A stretch of 54,584 bases of DNA. Origin: a virus. Its lineage: Duplodnaviria > Caudoviricetes. The position numbers were made by a program, and so were the translations under genes. The DNA is taken from the IMG/VR virus record IMGVR_UViG_3300007512_002354, positions 1 through 54,584 of that record. The stretch is one strand, 5' to 3'. Of the stretch, positions 37,177-45,843 are shown piece after piece. How positions within the stretch are numbered: position 1 is the stretch's first letter; each line of letters starts with the position of its first letter. A model generated the notes under the pieces. It had not been told where the DNA came from. It saw only the letters and a program-made list of their open reading frames with translations, and did not search any database.

Positions 37177-37617
37177 ATGCCAAAAATTAGACAGGTATCA
37201 GGCTCAGTGGCGCTCAGAGGGCGCCTTTATCATGAGCAATCAGCTGTTGACAACACTGCTTGGACTTGGTCTGAATTCACCGTACCTACCGAAGGTATAA
37301 TTCATCGAGTCCGAGTTGTTCAACAAAATAAAGCAGATGAACTCGAAGTAATGGTTATGGAAAAAGATCCAGACGATGAAATGCCTTTAGCAGATGAAGA
37401 CCATCCACCCCTTTCCGTTATACTTAAATATGCTTCATCAGCTGGTCAATTAGACAGCGAAGAGTTTACATATTTTAAAGTGCCCCAAGACAGCGACCTT
37501 ACAGACGGAGAAGGTGCAGATATGAAGCGCCATGGATCTCTATTCGTAGGTCTTAAATCAAATAACGGGGCGGCACAACCGGTTAAGATTTTGATTGACT
37601 TTGAAGTAGTAGCATAG
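37177..37617 (+). CDS. Hypothetical beta-rich protein, possibly virion-associated
   Basis: AGGAGG RBS, 146 aa, no nuclease motif. Confidence 0.7.
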   Translation: MPKIRQVSGSVALRGRLYHEQSAVDNTAWTWSEFTVPTEGIIHRVRVVQQNKADELEVMVMEKDPDDEMPLADEDHPPLSVILKYASSAGQLDSEEFTYFKVPQDSDLTDGEGADMKRHGSLFVGLKSNNGAAQPVKILIDFEVVA

Positions 37618-37629
37618 AAGGAGGGTACA

Positions 37630-38829
37630 ATGGGTTATTATAGTAAAAAAATAGCAACATCAAGAGTTGTCCCTCCCGCCCCCTCGGGGGGAGGGGGAGG
37701 CAATCCTGATCTTGTTCCCCCTCTTGCAGAGATAGGTCCACACCATGAGAACGCTGGCACAACTAGTAAAAGCGTTTCATTTAATGCCTTTACTGGTGGC
37801 TCTGGCTCTCATACTGTAACTGGAAGCTTGATTAAACCTGGTGGATCGCCAGCAACACTATCTGGTACTGGATTGTCCTACACTATTAACAATATGAGAG
37901 ATGGAGAGTCCTATAGACTGACAGCTTATGCAACAGATGACGGTGACGGACAGAAAGCGCAAACAAGTGTAGTCGTTTCTGTGGAACAAGCAGTAACAAC
38001 CACTCCACCATTCCAAATGGTAAGCGGTGATCTAACTTGGAAAACCCATATATCCGTTGACAGTCTCAGCAATGTAGACATGGCTAACCAAGTCTCAGCA
38101 CTTCCACTGTTGGCACCAAGCTCAGCATATGGTTCCATTAAAATAACTGACGCAACTTCAGATTCATATATAGACACTGGCGTAGATATTGGGAACACAA
38201 CCGATACGACTATTTCCATCTGGGTGAAAACCAGTGAGAATGATGGAACTATAATGTCAACAGATGAGGGTGGCTATGACTGGACTCTAGGAATGGACAA
38301 CGGCAACTGGAGATTTGCAAATGGTAGCAATTGGCATAATACGAATATAGCTTACATTCATGACCAATGGTATCACCTATCAGCTGTATTTGATGTTGCC
38401 GCTAGTACTCTATATTTCTATATCGATGGAGTACAGGTTTGGACAAAAAGTATTACTACCGATGTCAATACAGGTAGCTGGTATATAGGCAGGAGCCCTC
38501 ACTATGCAGCCAATAGATTCGAGGGAGAAGTTGCAGGAGTAACAATATGGGACAAAGCGCTTACTGGACCAGAAATTACCGACATATATGGAGGCGGTTA
38601 CACATTTGATGTAACAACAAATTCAGGCAACTACGCATCATCTGCTGATGTTCTATCTCATATCAAAAGGGGAGAAATTCCTAATAGCAGGGGCTATAAC
38701 AAAAATCCAGATACCGGAGAAGAAACCCCTCTTGGTGCCGAAGCGGCATTACAAACTTTAGACATGCCGGTTGATACTGGCAACACAGTTATCGGCCCTC
38801 AAACATTTTTAGGAACATCTGTTCCGTAA
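37630..38829 (+). CDS. LamG/concanavalin-A-like domain protein, probable virion fibre or adhesin
   Basis: TISIWVK, QWYHLSAVFD, FYIDG, IGR, FEGEVAGVTIWDKALT; Gly/Ser/Thr-rich N-terminus. Confidence 0.85.
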   Translation: MGYYSKKIATSRVVPPAPSGGGGGNPDLVPPLAEIGPHHENAGTTSKSVSFNAFTGGSGSHTVTGSLIKPGGSPATLSGTGLSYTINNMRDGESYRLTAYATDDGDGQKAQTSVVVSVEQAVTTTPPFQMVSGDLTWKTHISVDSLSNVDMANQVSALPLLAPSSAYGSIKITDATSDSYIDTGVDIGNTTDTTISIWVKTSENDGTIMSTDEGGYDWTLGMDNGNWRFANGSNWHNTNIAYIHDQWYHLSAVFDVAASTLYFYIDGVQVWTKSITTDVNTGSWYIGRSPHYAANRFEGEVAGVTIWDKALTGPEITDIYGGGYTFDVTTNSGNYASSADVLSHIKRGEIPNSRGYNKNPDTGEETPLGAEAALQTLDMPVDTGNTVIGPQTFLGTSVP

Positions 38830-38841
38830 TAGGAGTAAATT

Positions 38842-39954
38842 ATGCCAGTTATACCATTAAATGATTTAACATGGAAACAATCAGCACTAACAAACCACTC
38901 AGTCTCAGCTGTAGGAAAGCTAAAAGCCATAAGAGATATTGTAGATGCGATAGACTCAAACGGCGGCGACTGGGAAGTTAAAGACTTCTGCCTTGAAGGT
39001 GAAACCAAATTCAATGGTGGCGCCAATACTGCATCTGGTAACGGAACGCTTATCATAGGCAATAAAAACAGTAGTGCTATACCTAACCAAAGGATTGTAT
39101 TTGGTGGCAATTCAGCCGGAAAGAACATGAACAATTATGGCTGCCCACCACACAATGAGTCGTCTACAAATCAAACCAGTGAGCAAGTATTTGGCGGCTA
39201 CGCACCGGATGGATTTGGTGTTGATGCTGGCGCAATTCAGCCAAGCGGAAACACTTTAACAAGCAGCGATGATGAAGCATGGTATACTCAAGACCCATCT
39301 GGCAACGGCTCTAAGCCCTGGACAAAGTATGCCCTTGTTACGTCTCAGCCAGGAGATCAAACCTGGATAATTCACTCTGAAGATATATTGTGTATAGGGC
39401 ATAGAAAAGTTTCTGAAAACAAGTGTCATCTATGGGCAGCTGGACGCATACTTGAAGCAGCAGATACGGAAAGTGGCTGGACCGATTGGGATAAAGGCAT
39501 ACCAGGTATGTTCGCTGGAGGTGGAGAAGCAGGCAATGCTTCTTACTGGACTCCTAGCAACTTCTGGAACCTAGGCTTCAATACCAATGGAGGCTTTATG
39601 AATGGCTCTAGTGTCCAAAATGAACTTAAAAAACCTGTATTCGCAATATTGTCACCAGAGAATGAGAACTTACACGAAAAAATAAGAAGAATTCACAACG
39701 AAACTCTTCTTGAACCAAACGGTCTTGGCTATCTAACAACCACAAGCGGAAAGCAAGTCTTTCTGCCAGTCCATTATTGTAGAGCAGAAGGATATTATCA
39801 ATATATAGGCAAGCTCCGCAACATGGGCTATGCTAATGATGCCATCTGCAGGCAACAGCTACATGACAACAATGATTATTTACACGTTATATATTTCTCA
39901 AGGAGTACTACTACAGCTGGAGACGCACTAGCTTTTGTAAATCCAGCACCATAA
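38842..39954 (+). CDS. Gly/Asn/Ser-rich hypothetical protein, possibly virion-associated
   Basis: AGGAG RBS, composition, adjacency to the LamG gene. Confidence 0.65.
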   Translation: MPVIPLNDLTWKQSALTNHSVSAVGKLKAIRDIVDAIDSNGGDWEVKDFCLEGETKFNGGANTASGNGTLIIGNKNSSAIPNQRIVFGGNSAGKNMNNYGCPPHNESSTNQTSEQVFGGYAPDGFGVDAGAIQPSGNTLTSSDDEAWYTQDPSGNGSKPWTKYALVTSQPGDQTWIIHSEDILCIGHRKVSENKCHLWAAGRILEAADTESGWTDWDKGIPGMFAGGGEAGNASYWTPSNFWNLGFNTNGGFMNGSSVQNELKKPVFAILSPENENLHEKIRRIHNETLLEPNGLGYLTTTSGKQVFLPVHYCRAEGYYQYIGKLRNMGYANDAICRQQLHDNNDYLHVIYFSRSTTTAGDALAFVNPAP

Positions 39955-39971
39955 TCGCACGGAGGATCTTA

Positions 39972-40076
39972 ATGAAGATCATATCTAGAGAGTATGTTGG
40001 GGAGAGCGAAGTCTATGACATTGGCCTTCCCGATATACACAACTTTATTCTAGAAAATGGAACCGTCGCTAGCAAC
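39972..40076 (+). mobile_element. Split intein, C-terminal half (35 aa)
   Basis: MKIISREYVGESEVYDIGLPDIHNFILENGTVASN followed by +1 Cys (CFN). Confidence 0.95.
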
Positions 40077-41225
40077 TGTTTTAATAAAGCTCATAGCGTT
40101 AGCTATAGTATGCTAACATATATATCTGCCTACCTTAAGGCAAACTATGCTTCAGAATTTTTCTGTGCACTAATGACTGTTAGATCCAAGTCCCTACAAC
40201 CTAAAACTTGGGCAACAAAAGCACCTGAATATATTCAAGAGGCACAAGCATTTGGAGTAGAAATACACCCGCCTTCGATAAATTCATCAAACCTCGGATT
40301 TAGTATTAGAGACGAAGATGTTTACTTTGGCCTAAATGCAATTAGAGATGTAGGTAAAACTGCTGCTCGGACGATAGTCCGAGCGAGAGGAGAGGCACCC
40401 TATAAAAGTGTCTTCGACTTTCTCCAAAGAGTAAACCTACAAAAAGTAACAACCAAAACATTCATAAGCCTTGTCAAGGCTGGAGCGTTTGATATGTTGG
40501 GGTATGATCGCAGTGATCTTATCCAAAACTCTCAAGCACTATATGATTATATTAGAGATGTAGTAGAATATGAGCAAAGAAAAATTGATCTTGTTGTTAG
40601 AGAAAAGGAAATTGAAGACTTGACTGTAGTCATTGACAAAAGAAATATTTTGCGCAAAGAACTAAAGAAAATAGAAAAAGAACTTAAGAAAGTAGAAGAC
40701 AAAAATTTATTATCAAGGAAGTTAGAAGTAGAAGAAGAGCTTTTTCCTCTAGAACAAATGAATCTAAGAAGAAAGCCAAGGCTTAAACCTAAACAAGAAC
40801 CACAAAAACCTGAACTAGTCAGATCCGAAGAAGTTGAAATAAATATTCATCAGATAATGGAACAGGCACACTATATCGGTTGCTATATTGGGACTCACCC
40901 AGCACAACTAATAAATAGTTCAGGCACAGTTAAGATAAAGAACCTTTATAAAGGGCAAAAGACATATGTATGTGGAGTCATAAATTCACTAAAAGTTATA
41001 CGCACTCGAAAGGGTCACGAAATGGCTTTCTGTGAAATTGACGACTCGACCAGTACAGCTGAGGTAACTATTTTTCCAAGAACTTGGAAGAATGCAAAAC
41101 TAAATAATATCTCAGAAAACAAACTGGTAAGAATGAAAATAAAAACAGAGCAAGAAGAGCCAGTAATCAAGCTTATTGCAGACTCAATTGTGGTCTATCA
41201 GGAGAATATAGATGAAATGGCGTGA
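39972..41225 (+). CDS. dnaE: C-intein fused to DNA polymerase III alpha fragment 3 (HhH and OB fold)
   Basis: CFNKAHSVSY, YLKANY, PPSINSS, FGLNAIRDVG, AGAFD, GHEMAFCEIDD; GGAGG RBS. Confidence 0.96.
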   Translation: MKIISREYVGESEVYDIGLPDIHNFILENGTVASNCFNKAHSVSYSMLTYISAYLKANYASEFFCALMTVRSKSLQPKTWATKAPEYIQEAQAFGVEIHPPSINSSNLGFSIRDEDVYFGLNAIRDVGKTAARTIVRARGEAPYKSVFDFLQRVNLQKVTTKTFISLVKAGAFDMLGYDRSDLIQNSQALYDYIRDVVEYEQRKIDLVVREKEIEDLTVVIDKRNILRKELKKIEKELKKVEDKNLLSRKLEVEEELFPLEQMNLRRKPRLKPKQEPQKPELVRSEEVEINIHQIMEQAHYIGCYIGTHPAQLINSSGTVKIKNLYKGQKTYVCGVINSLKVIRTRKGHEMAFCEIDDSTSTAEVTIFPRTWKNAKLNNISENKLVRMKIKTEQEEPVIKLIADSIVVYQENIDEMA

Positions 41226-42285
41226 AGAAGAAGAACACCTACTGCGACTTCTAATTCCTACAAACAGCTACAACGAAATAGCTGAAGAATTTAGAAGACG
41301 ACATGACCTGGGTATACCAGGTCACAATACAGTAAGATCAGCTGAGGCCATTCGAAAGAAATGCCAAAGAGAAGATATTAATTCGAACATCGAGTATGAA
41401 GATCCATACGAAAACCGTTGGAAGAAAATCAAAAAGATGCAAGAAGAATATCTAATGGATGCAGAAACAAATACTACCGGAATAGTAGATAACGCAAGTA
41501 GAAAGATTCTGACCCTGTCAGATATTCACTTTCCTTTCGCACTAGTAGATGAGCTAGAAAAAGCACTAACACTGCATGCAGATGCTGATATTGTTGTACT
41601 CAATGGAGATATTTTAGATGGTTACATCTTCTCAACATATGGTACAGCAAAAAGAATTGCAGCTCTAAAAGAATATCGAGCTGCCTTCAACTTAGTTAAA
41701 CAAATCTCTGAAAACTTTCCAGAGGTAGTTATAGTTAGTGGTAACCATGATAGAAGACCAGCAAAAGCTTTATCAAAAGCAGACTTTAAGAAAGAGGCAT
41801 CACAAGTATTAAGACCAGACCTATTAGCTAGGATAGCTAATGGTGAAGTATTGAATGAATACGGTGAAGTTACAGACATATTAAAGTTTGACAACGTCAC
41901 TTATCAGAAGTATGATAGCTGGTACGTGCGAATTGGTAAAACAATATTTGCTCACCCAGATGCATATTTTGGTAGTTGGCCTGGACAGACTGTGGTAAAA
42001 TTGATGGACTACTTTACAAAAAGATTAGGTAGTGATAAATTCGATTCCGTTGTAGTGGGACATACACACAGAATATATAAAGGTATCTTTTTTAATAAGA
42101 TGTTAATAGAACAAGGGGCTATGGCAGCACGCATGCCCTATCAACACAGAGCTGACTTGAGGTTTCCTCATGCTATGAATGGTTACGCAGTAATCTTTCA
42201 AGATGAAGAAGGAAATACAGACTTCACAAAAAGTAAAGTCTATTACCTCGGAAGTCAGCTACCTCCTAAAAAGGAAATACTCTAA
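41212..42285 (+). CDS. Calcineurin-like metallophosphoesterase with N-terminal helical domain
   Basis: SDIHFP, NGDILD, GNHD, AH, GHTH. Confidence 0.9.
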   Translation: MKWREEEEHLLRLLIPTNSYNEIAEEFRRRHDLGIPGHNTVRSAEAIRKKCQREDINSNIEYEDPYENRWKKIKKMQEEYLMDAETNTTGIVDNASRKILTLSDIHFPFALVDELEKALTLHADADIVVLNGDILDGYIFSTYGTAKRIAALKEYRAAFNLVKQISENFPEVVIVSGNHDRRPAKALSKADFKKEASQVLRPDLLARIANGEVLNEYGEVTDILKFDNVTYQKYDSWYVRIGKTIFAHPDAYFGSWPGQTVVKLMDYFTKRLGSDKFDSVVVGHTHRIYKGIFFNKMLIEQGAMAARMPYQHRADLRFPHAMNGYAVIFQDEEGNTDFTKSKVYYLGSQLPPKKEIL

Positions 42286-42680
42286 TGGCTAGTAGAACTA
42301 GAAAAGGTGGCACCACCACCAAAAAGAAAACCGCAAAGAATACTACTACTAAAGCAACTCAAAGCCAAGCAGCAAGTACTCCGCAAACTCCCCCAAGCTT
42401 AGAAGATGGACAACTCCTCCAGATTCTAACTGGTTTACGAGTTCGTGTAGACGCTGCTAACGCACAGTTGGTACAACTAGGACTTCTTGTGGAATACCTG
42501 TATGAAAGACTTGAAGCTTCGGAAAGCGTAGACGTTCAGTCAGATGCTTTCCCCGAGTGGGCTAAGAATCGCTATGAAGAAATTCAAACAGCAGCTCAAG
42601 AAGCAATGAAGGGTGATTTGATGGATACGTTTAAGGAAGCGCAGGCAGAAGTAGAGAAAGAAATCAATCTAACTGAATAG
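42285..42680 (+). CDS. Hypothetical protein
   Basis: TAATG-coupled; basic N-terminus, coiled/acidic C-terminus. Confidence 0.65.
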   Translation: MASRTRKGGTTTKKKTAKNTTTKATQSQAASTPQTPPSLEDGQLLQILTGLRVRVDAANAQLVQLGLLVEYLYERLEASESVDVQSDAFPEWAKNRYEEIQTAAQEAMKGDLMDTFKEAQAEVEKEINLTE

Positions 42681-42688
42681 GAGACACC

Positions 42689-43726
42689 ATGTCAGAATGG
42701 TCATTTATAACTCATATAACTGACTATATGGCTAGACCAAGACTTGGTGATTCAAAGCCCCCTACACTTTGGCCCTCTGAGGCATCCGCTGTTTTAGTCA
42801 ATGAATATGACGAAGAACATGTGGTCGGTAAGTGTAGGAGGGCTTCCTATTTTAGATTACTATTAGATAGTTACGATTACTTTGAAGACAAGTACAGCTT
42901 TTATAAGCCTATAGTCGAAGCCTTGCACTTAGAAAAAATTCCAGTAGAACCATATGTTCGGTGGCTCTGGAAGCAAGGCGACCTTTACGAACAATTTTGT
43001 ATAGACATAGCGAAGAATTCTGGTACATATATAGCAGACCAAGTTCAAGTATATATACCAGAGCTAAATATCTCTGGTAAAATAGATATAATTGTTATTG
43101 ATCCTACAACGAAACAATTAAGAATTGTAGAATGTAAATCCATATACGGTTATAATGCAAATACGATATTGGGCACACCTGCCGAACGCAAAAGAGGAAA
43201 ACTTGGAACACCAAGAGAGTCTTATTTAATGCAGCTAGGTATATATCAGTACTGGACTGGCGCAAAAGAAGAGTATGGAGACGCACTCTTAGTGACTGGC
43301 GCCAGAGATACCGGAAGGTATGCAGAGTTCAACTTGGTTGTAAAGCAGGACGAATCCATAGAAGATGACAACAGTAACTACATCTTCTACAGCGGTAACT
43401 CTCCGTGCCAAACGGAGGAAGTTAACTCTGGGATAAGTATAGAGAATATATTTGAACAATATCAAAGCACTACAAAATGTCTCGACTCGGGAACAATTCC
43501 TAAGCGAGACTTCGAGCTTCAATTCTCTCAAGACAAGATTGACAAACTCTACGACAGAGGACTCTTAAGCAAGAAGGACACCGAGCAACACCGAAAGCGC
43601 AAAGAACAAATCGCAGCAGGTAAAGCTAGACCGGTAAAAGCAGTTGATAAAGGAGATTGGCAATGTCGCCTTTGTGCCTATAAGAATATCTGCTATCAAG
43701 AAGATAATACTCCTAGAGATTTATAG
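42689..43726 (+). CDS. PD-(D/E)XK exonuclease, Cas4/RecB-like
   Basis: CRR, SGKID, VECKS, QLGIY, C-terminal CRLCAYKNIC. Confidence 0.85.
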   Translation: MSEWSFITHITDYMARPRLGDSKPPTLWPSEASAVLVNEYDEEHVVGKCRRASYFRLLLDSYDYFEDKYSFYKPIVEALHLEKIPVEPYVRWLWKQGDLYEQFCIDIAKNSGTYIADQVQVYIPELNISGKIDIIVIDPTTKQLRIVECKSIYGYNANTILGTPAERKRGKLGTPRESYLMQLGIYQYWTGAKEEYGDALLVTGARDTGRYAEFNLVVKQDESIEDDNSNYIFYSGNSPCQTEEVNSGISIENIFEQYQSTTKCLDSGTIPKRDFELQFSQDKIDKLYDRGLLSKKDTEQHRKRKEQIAAGKARPVKAVDKGDWQCRLCAYKNICYQEDNTPRDL

Positions 43727-43734
43727 GAGCTATT

Positions 43735-43989
43735 ATGATTCCTGATACCTACTTCTTGGTTAAGGTGTGGATCGATAAGGATGAGTATACGTATGGTCCC
43801 TATTTTGAATTAGACTATGCAATGCTCATTCTTGTCGATCATGTTCCAGATATCGTTACAGCAAAAGTAGAAAAAAAACACTTTAACTATAAAGCAGAAA
43901 TACATGAATGTATTTTAGGCAGGAACCCTACATGGATAATAGTCTCAATACCGATTACGGAGAACGAGTGCCGAAAAACTCGACACTAG
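43735..43989 (+). CDS. Hypothetical protein
   Basis: AGGAG RBS, 84 aa. Confidence 0.55.
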   Translation: MIPDTYFLVKVWIDKDEYTYGPYFELDYAMLILVDHVPDIVTAKVEKKHFNYKAEIHECILGRNPTWIIVSIPITENECRKTRH

Positions 43990-45014
43990 AGAATCAACAT
44001 CTTACTACTAACGATGTAACACTGAAGCCAAAGCTTGGAGTACTTAAGTCCAGATCAGATGCAGAGCTAAATAAATTTATTTATAGTTCGCCAATGGATA
44101 CTGTAACTGGCTTGAGTATGACAACTGCTATGGTTGATGCTGGGGAACACCCCGTGGTCTGTCGCTTTATTCCGGATTGGAATGATGCATTCTTGGCATA
44201 CCATGAAAATCCTGATGTCTTCTTTGCAATAGGAACCAAAAAAGAAGATACAGTAAAGCTGGTACAAATTCTCGAAAAGCTGTATCCAGAAGATAGTACC
44301 TCTGAATTTAGTCCAGTATCTATATCTCTAGACATAGCTCACGGAGACTCCAGGATTGGCCATGCCACTACCCAGTGGCTGTCACAGTGGGAGTTCATTG
44401 GTAATATAATGTCCGGTACTGTGTGCACCCCTGAGGGCGCACTAAGAGCTATTGCTTCTGGATGTACACACATTAGAGTCGGAGTCGGCTCTGGCAGTGC
44501 GTGTACTACTAGATTGATGACTGGATGTGGCATGCCGAACCTCACCGCTGTTTATAAAATACATAGAGCAATATCAAATATGCACGGAATCGAGAACAGA
44601 AAAAACTATAAGATCATTGCAGATGGTGGGATTAAGTATCCTGGCGATGCGGTAAAGTATATTGCAGCTGGAGCAGATGCCGTTATGCTGGGTAATGCCC
44701 TGTCTAAGTGTCCAGAAACACCTGGCTGGCATATAGAAGATGGCATTCCATTTAAACATTATAGAGGTCAGGCCTCTAGACAATTCCAAGAAGAACTTCT
44801 TGGAAGAACTCCTGATTGTGCAGAAGGTGCCGTTGGCCCAAGAATTGGCCATGGTCAAACCTGCGAAGAAACAATAACAATGTTTAGAGGCGGTATGAGA
44901 TCAGCGTTAAGTTACTTAGGTCTAACTTCTATGTCCACACTGAAGCCAGAGAACGTCGATTTTGTTCAGCTGACTGCAGCGGGGTTCACAGAAGGAACCC
45001 CTCATGGAACATGA
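43908..45014 (+). CDS. GMP reductase/IMP dehydrogenase family enzyme without CBS domains
   Basis: SSPMDTVT, DIAHG, VGVGSGSACTTR, IADGGI, YRGQAS, AEG; start uncertain. Confidence 0.92.
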   Translation: MYFRQEPYMDNSLNTDYGERVPKNSTLENQHLTTNDVTLKPKLGVLKSRSDAELNKFIYSSPMDTVTGLSMTTAMVDAGEHPVVCRFIPDWNDAFLAYHENPDVFFAIGTKKEDTVKLVQILEKLYPEDSTSEFSPVSISLDIAHGDSRIGHATTQWLSQWEFIGNIMSGTVCTPEGALRAIASGCTHIRVGVGSGSACTTRLMTGCGMPNLTAVYKIHRAISNMHGIENRKNYKIIADGGIKYPGDAVKYIAAGADAVMLGNALSKCPETPGWHIEDGIPFKHYRGQASRQFQEELLGRTPDCAEGAVGPRIGHGQTCEETITMFRGGMRSALSYLGLTSMSTLKPENVDFVQLTAAGFTEGTPHGT

Positions 45015-45843
45015 TGCAGAAATCATTATTTGCGGAGACCCTATAAAGGATATATATGTAGAAGAATATCTCGCATACAATCAAAAAGTTTTAACAGAGA
45101 AAGTGGTGACCTGTAGTGGTGGCGCTCTAAATGTATATGAAAATCTAAAATCTATTCTCAGAGAAGACGTAGTAACCCTTGTGGGCCCCACCTGTTATCA
45201 ACGCCAAGATATATATAGTATTATTAGGTCAAGCTTTGTCGGTAGAGATATATATCTAGTTCCTGAATCTGAAAGAAGCTCCTTTTATCATAATGCTCCA
45301 GACCCTACTCATAGTATAAATAGTTCTACTGAAATAAGAAACGATGGAAGACCAATGGGACTGGTACTATCAGACTATAATAGAGGTTTACTAAATAGGC
45401 AAAGCTATGCCGAGCCCATAACGTATCCTTTTGAATTCTGCGTAGTGGACTCAAAAGAACGCACTATAAATATAGACCTATTTAAAAGTTCTAAACTTAA
45501 AATTTGGCATGCCACAGGCAATGAGTATTGTTCAGAATTTGCTAAGAACTTTGACTGGGTTTACCACACTAATGCAGAAGGACCAGTACTGATAACCAGC
45601 GGAGACAATGACATGTCTCTGCACCCCATTTGGGTACCCGATACTAAAGTTATAAATACCTGTGGCGCAGGCGATACTTTTACCGCAGCCATAGCTAGTT
45701 ATCTTACAAAAATAAATCAAGAAAGACTCACAGAAGAAGATCTTCTTCAAGCTGGAGCCTTTGCTATTGCGTGTTGTCAAGAAGTTATTACTAAACCATA
45801 CACCTCAATAACAAACCATAAATTGGATGAAACATGTACATAA
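45004..45843 (+). CDS. PfkB-family sugar kinase, RfaE domain I/HldA-like
   Basis: GD...D.Y, GGALNV, LSDYNRG, VDSK, NTCGAGDTF. Confidence 0.8.
   Translation: MEHDAEIIICGDPIKDIYVEEYLAYNQKVLTEKVVTCSGGALNVYENLKSILREDVVTLVGPTCYQRQDIYSIIRSSFVGRDIYLVPESERSSFYHNAPDPTHSINSSTEIRNDGRPMGLVLSDYNRGLLNRQSYAEPITYPFEFCVVDSKERTINIDLFKSSKLKIWHATGNEYCSEFAKNFDWVYHTNAEGPVLITSGDNDMSLHPIWVPDTKVINTCGAGDTFTAAIASYLTKINQERLTEEDLLQAGAFAIACCQEVITKPYTSITNHKLDETCT

Noticed and set aside
33817-41225. dnaE as a pseudogene
   Set aside because: Each piece is an uninterrupted ORF with intact motifs, and the intein halves are complementary.
42689-43726. CRISPR-Cas locus suggested by the Cas4-like nuclease
   Set aside because: No repeat-spacer array or other cas genes seen; stand-alone Cas4-like nucleases are common in phages.
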